Below are positions 60,373 to 64,000 of a stretch of DNA of 64,000 nt, in pieces; position 1 is the first letter of the stretch, and each line of letters starts with the position of its first letter. The DNA comes from Hamiltosporidium tvaerminnensis FI-OER-3-3 (lineage: Eukaryota; Fungi; Microsporidia), in NCBI GenBank assembly GCA_022605425.2, contig CM061246.1, positions 372,001 to 436,000 on the forward strand, given 5' to 3'. The notes under the pieces are model-generated. The model searched no databases. It saw nothing but the letters and a program-made list of their open reading frames with translations, and was not told where the DNA came from. A program made the position numbers and the translations under genes.

Positions 60373-62285
60373 ACATAATATAGAACATTTATTTTATTAC
60401 ATAAATTACAAATTAATGAGATTAGAAAATTAAATCGGGCAATCTGCAATAATTGTTTAATTTTTTTGTGATTTAAGCTGCAAAAACAAAAAAAAAACTA
60501 CCACCGATTCCAATAATATGTATTTTATAGTCTATACATAGGATAAATAGTTGATTTTTTCATAATATTTTATTAAACTTCTAGAAAATATGGTTGCGTA
60601 CGCTTAATTCCGATATGCTTAATTTGAAACAGAGTTAATTATTTGAGAGTCTGGAAAAAATAGTTCTTAAAAAACCCAATATTAATTTTGCTAAATATAA
60701 ATGTTTTAAGCTCTGCTGCGTATAAGAAAACATAACGCCACTAAATAAAACATATATTTGAAAAAAAAATACATTGAGGTTAAAAAAGTAAAAAAAATCT
60801 TATTACCGCTAGTTACTTAATTAAATTTTTGCTAAATCTTTCTATTTCTGATATAATTCTAAAAAAAAATGATATATGACAATATATTTTTAATAGAATA
60901 AGTTATATGTAAATACTCTTTATTGTTTTTAGTTTAATGAATAAAAAATTACAATGTTTAAAATTTCTTTGGTCTAAGTTTATAAAATTTTAATTACAAA
61001 GCTACGATATAACTGCTATCTATCTTCATAGAAGAATTATTATTTAATGGAAAAACGTAAGCGTGGGAGATTATAGCAATCAAGAAAAAATATAGTGTAA
61101 TTCAAAGTTTTAAATATTTGAAGCAATCTATAGTAAAAGAATTCTTCGTCTATCTAGGTTTAGGCTTTCTAATGTTATAAAAATACAAACCCAATCACTG
61201 ATAGCCTCTCTATGTAATAAAATTAAAAGCCGGATTTGATTTAATGGCTTAAAAATCAAAATGTAAAAGATGATTTTTTTAAACGTTGATTTATCAATGA
61301 ACCCAAAGAAAAATTATTTCGGCAAATGCAAAGTATTTTGCCTATTTAAAAGCAAGTTCATCCCTGTAAAAAACCAAAAGTAAATTGCTTATATTCAGGT
61401 CATTTTTAAAATATTTGTGATATTTGTGAAGAGATAATAGAAAAATGAAGTTTTATAAGTAGAAATGGATTTTTACACAAAGAAAAATTTAAATACATAA
61501 AATGATTTACATAATCTTATATCTAAGAAACAACAGGAAGATTTTAGACTATTATTAGATTATAGCTCAAGTGAAAAGATAAAAAGCTTAATAAATCAAC
61601 TTTGTTTGCATTGTTAAATGTAAATAATATTAAATAGTCGTAGAAGGGCATTTACTCCTTAAGATTCGACGGTGCTTTTCAAGCTATAGTATTTAAGTTG
61701 TACGATCAATTGAGCAGTAAATTTTTTAAACCCTAACTAAAAAATCGGTGTTACTTACTAATTATTTTAGCCTTACAGATACTACAAGTAACTTCTATAT
61801 ATTCTATTTGATTATTTACTGAGTTAAATAGGATTAATAGAAGTTTATAGTACGGAGAAAAGATTCAATTTTATTATTATGGTTTTTGAATAGTTTGTAG
61901 TTATAACTGGTAAAAATTTAAATTCTAAAAAGTGGTATGAAGATATTATATAACTTATCGAGCCAAAAAAATTATTTCTCCATAATTAAAGCGATCAAAT
62001 AAAAAAACATGGCTTGGGAACTTTTTGAATCATTCTTTTAAAAATATTAAAATGTTAATTTTAAGTGATGAAAAAAATCTGCTCAAAGCAAACAAATATA
62101 AAAACAATGGAAAATTTAAGACCATAAAATAGGAATTTAATAATTTATAATTTATTACAGATAAAATAAAGTTATCCATACCAATTTTATTAAAAATAAT
62201 GAAATTTTAAATTTAAGTTTTTATTTTAAATGCAAGCTATTTTTTAAATTTCAATTTGAACAAATGATACACCTAATCACCATAT

Positions 62286-64000
62286 TTATAGCCATGATTT
62301 TATATTTATTTTAACAATGCCATATACATTTTCCATTTCAGTAAATCCTTTCAACTGATAATTTTCGTACTTCTTAAATTCTATTTGGGATAAATTAAGG
62401 TGAACAATTTCAGTATAAATATTTTCAGATATTAATATATTTATATCAGTGTTTAATTTAGCTAGCCTTGCGGATTTATTTAAGACTTGGCCATACCAAT
62501 CAACATCTCCTTCAATATTTCTATCAAAAAAGCCTATATCCTTACAAATACCTATTCGTACTAAAAAATTGTCATTTAATTTATGTTCAGTTATTGAGTT
62601 TGGATTTCTTTTTAAAAAATCATCTTTCCACAATTTACTTGAAAAAAAATAATCCAAATTTACAGACCACATAATTGCATCCAATGAATTTCTAAAATAA
62701 CATATACAAAGATCACCTTCATATTTTATCTGAATTGCGCCAAATCTGCCGTTAATATTCACTATATAACTCTGTATAAACCTACATAACGAATAAAATT
62801 CTAACGAAGCTGACTTAAAAAAACCCGGCACTTTATCCAAATAAGCATAGACTATTATAGGCTCTGCCGTAAATAAAACATCCTTAAATATTATAGGTGA
62901 AGATGATGTCTTCATAGCAATAAAAATATCATCTGGTTTATTCTTATCCAACGGATATGTATAAATAAGAAAATTATATATCATGGAAATATTTTCAGAT
63001 AAATTTTTACAAAGATTTATCTGTTTCAATTCTTTTGAAAATATTATATTGCGCCAATGATCATTCAAAATTAAAATTTTATAATCAGTTACAGTTTCAA
63101 ATCTCATATATTCTATTTTAGTATTATTTATCATTGTGTCATTCATAATATAGCAATATTCTTTATTGTATTTGATTTGATTATTTTTAGAAGACAGAGC
63201 TTTAAAAAACATGGAATCATAAAATATTACCATAAAATTTCCTTTTTTAGAAATTCTTACACAATTATTGACTACAAATATTATGACGATATTAAAATTG
63301 TAATCCAGACATTTTTTTATCAAAATATTTTCAATATGATTGTAAAAACACTTTGTGTTTATCATGAAATCTTTATCTAAGCAAATTTCAAAAAAATATT
63401 TTTCAAAATTATTTTCAATTAATTTTACAGTTTCGGAATTTCCTTGAAGAAATATAGAATATCTGTTGTTATTCTTTACGTATTCAAAGGAATGATTGAT
63501 ATGTTTATTTGAGGTTTCTTTTAATATACAATTTCTTTCATTCATATAGTAAGTTTCAAGCTTTGTTACATCTAAAACCTCATTGTTCGTGTTGTTTTGA
63601 TTATATAAAATGTTGATTTTCTCTAGCCATTTCCAATCGTATGCATTTGGGTTTATAATATCGTTACGTGAAATATCAAGAATTTTTAGTTTTTTAAGAT
63701 TTAAAATTTTAGATTCAATAAATGTTAATAAATTTCCAGATAAATCAAGATATTCTAAATTTGGAAAAAATGGAAATTCCGTTAAAAGATTGTTTCTCAA
63801 AATTAATTTACTAAGGTGCGGTGCTTCTATACTAAATACAGATGTGTTACAATTCTGCATGTTAAGATATTTTAGATTTGAAAAATTTCCTTTGAAATAG
63901 TCAATTTTTATACCTTCAAGAATTAGATGCTCCACAATATCTTCTCCGAAAGTTACATGAATATTTTTTATGAAAGTAAAAGAAAGATCTAAATATTTTG
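62286..64000 (-). CDS. CYR1: Adenylate cyclase, fungal CYR1-like (LRRs, degenerate middle domain, class III cyclase); 5' end beyond the window
   Basis: LRRs (LxxLxLxxN) and cyclase motifs IKYEGD, VRIGI and DWYGQVLNKSARL. The frame stays open from 63935 to the window edge (KYLDLSF...). Confidence 0.85.
   Translation of the reverse strand, partial: KYLDLSFTFIKNIHVTFGEDIVEHLILEGIKIDYFKGNFSNLKYLNMQNCNTSVFSIEAPHLSKLILRNNLLTEFPFFPNLEYLDLSGNLLTFIESKILNLKKLKILDISRNDIINPNAYDWKWLEKINILYNQNNTNNEVLDVTKLETYYMNERNCILKETSNKHINHSFEYVKNNNRYSIFLQGNSETVKLIENNFEKYFFEICLDKDFMINTKCFYNHIENILIKKCLDYNFNIVIIFVVNNCVRISKKGNFMVIFYDSMFFKALSSKNNQIKYNKEYCYIMNDTMINNTKIEYMRFETVTDYKILILNDHWRNIIFSKELKQINLCKNLSENISMIYNFLIYTYPLDKNKPDDIFIAMKTSSSPIIFKDVLFTAEPIIVYAYLDKVPGFFKSASLEFYSLCRFIQSYIVNINGRFGAIQIKYEGDLCICYFRNSLDAIMWSVNLDYFFSSKLWKDDFLKRNPNSITEHKLNDNFLVRIGICKDIGFFDRNIEGDVDWYGQVLNKSARLAKLNTDINILISENIYTEIVHLNLSQIEFKKYENYQLKGFTEMENVYGIVKINIKSWL

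Noticed and set aside
61055-61170. GCGTGGGAGAT match to the 730-bp element (and AAACCTAGCCT at ~51960)
   Set aside because: Isolated 11-mers without collinear flanking similarity.

Overview
AT-rich eukaryotic DNA, most likely from a large, repeat-rich microsporidian genome. The evidence is intronless, compact, divergent fungal-type genes, a CCC/GGG motif just upstream of most start codons, and an R4-like retrotransposon of a kind common in microsporidia; the taxon is an inference. Housekeeping genes lie at both ends: ACC1 (runs off the left edge), a PNS1/CTL-like transporter, an SLC41/MgtE transporter, a frameshifted queuine tRNA-ribosyltransferase with repeat insertions, HSF, a VMA21-like gene, DNA2, a NOP14-like gene, TRM61, TSR2, LSM7, SF3B2 and an LRR adenylate cyclase (runs off the right edge). 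The middle (~18.6-40 kb and 44-54 kb) is a transposon graveyard with R4-like/RLE LINE copies, RTE remnants, a Tc1 element and a Ty3/gypsy remnant. It also holds three dispersed paralogues of an unrecognised 3-TM protein family. The most notable signal is a ~730-bp non-coding retroposed element in five apparently full-length copies. The two youngest copies have long target-site duplications, and the family shows many hairpins with compensatory base changes, ending at a conserved AUG mini-ORF. This points to a structured RNA (IRES- or ribozyme-like) spreading as a SINE or internally deleted LINE. A second, ~240-bp RTE-derived element carries a conserved pseudoknot that may be a non-canonical self-cleaving ribozyme. 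All protein assignments come from motif recognition by eye; no searches were run.
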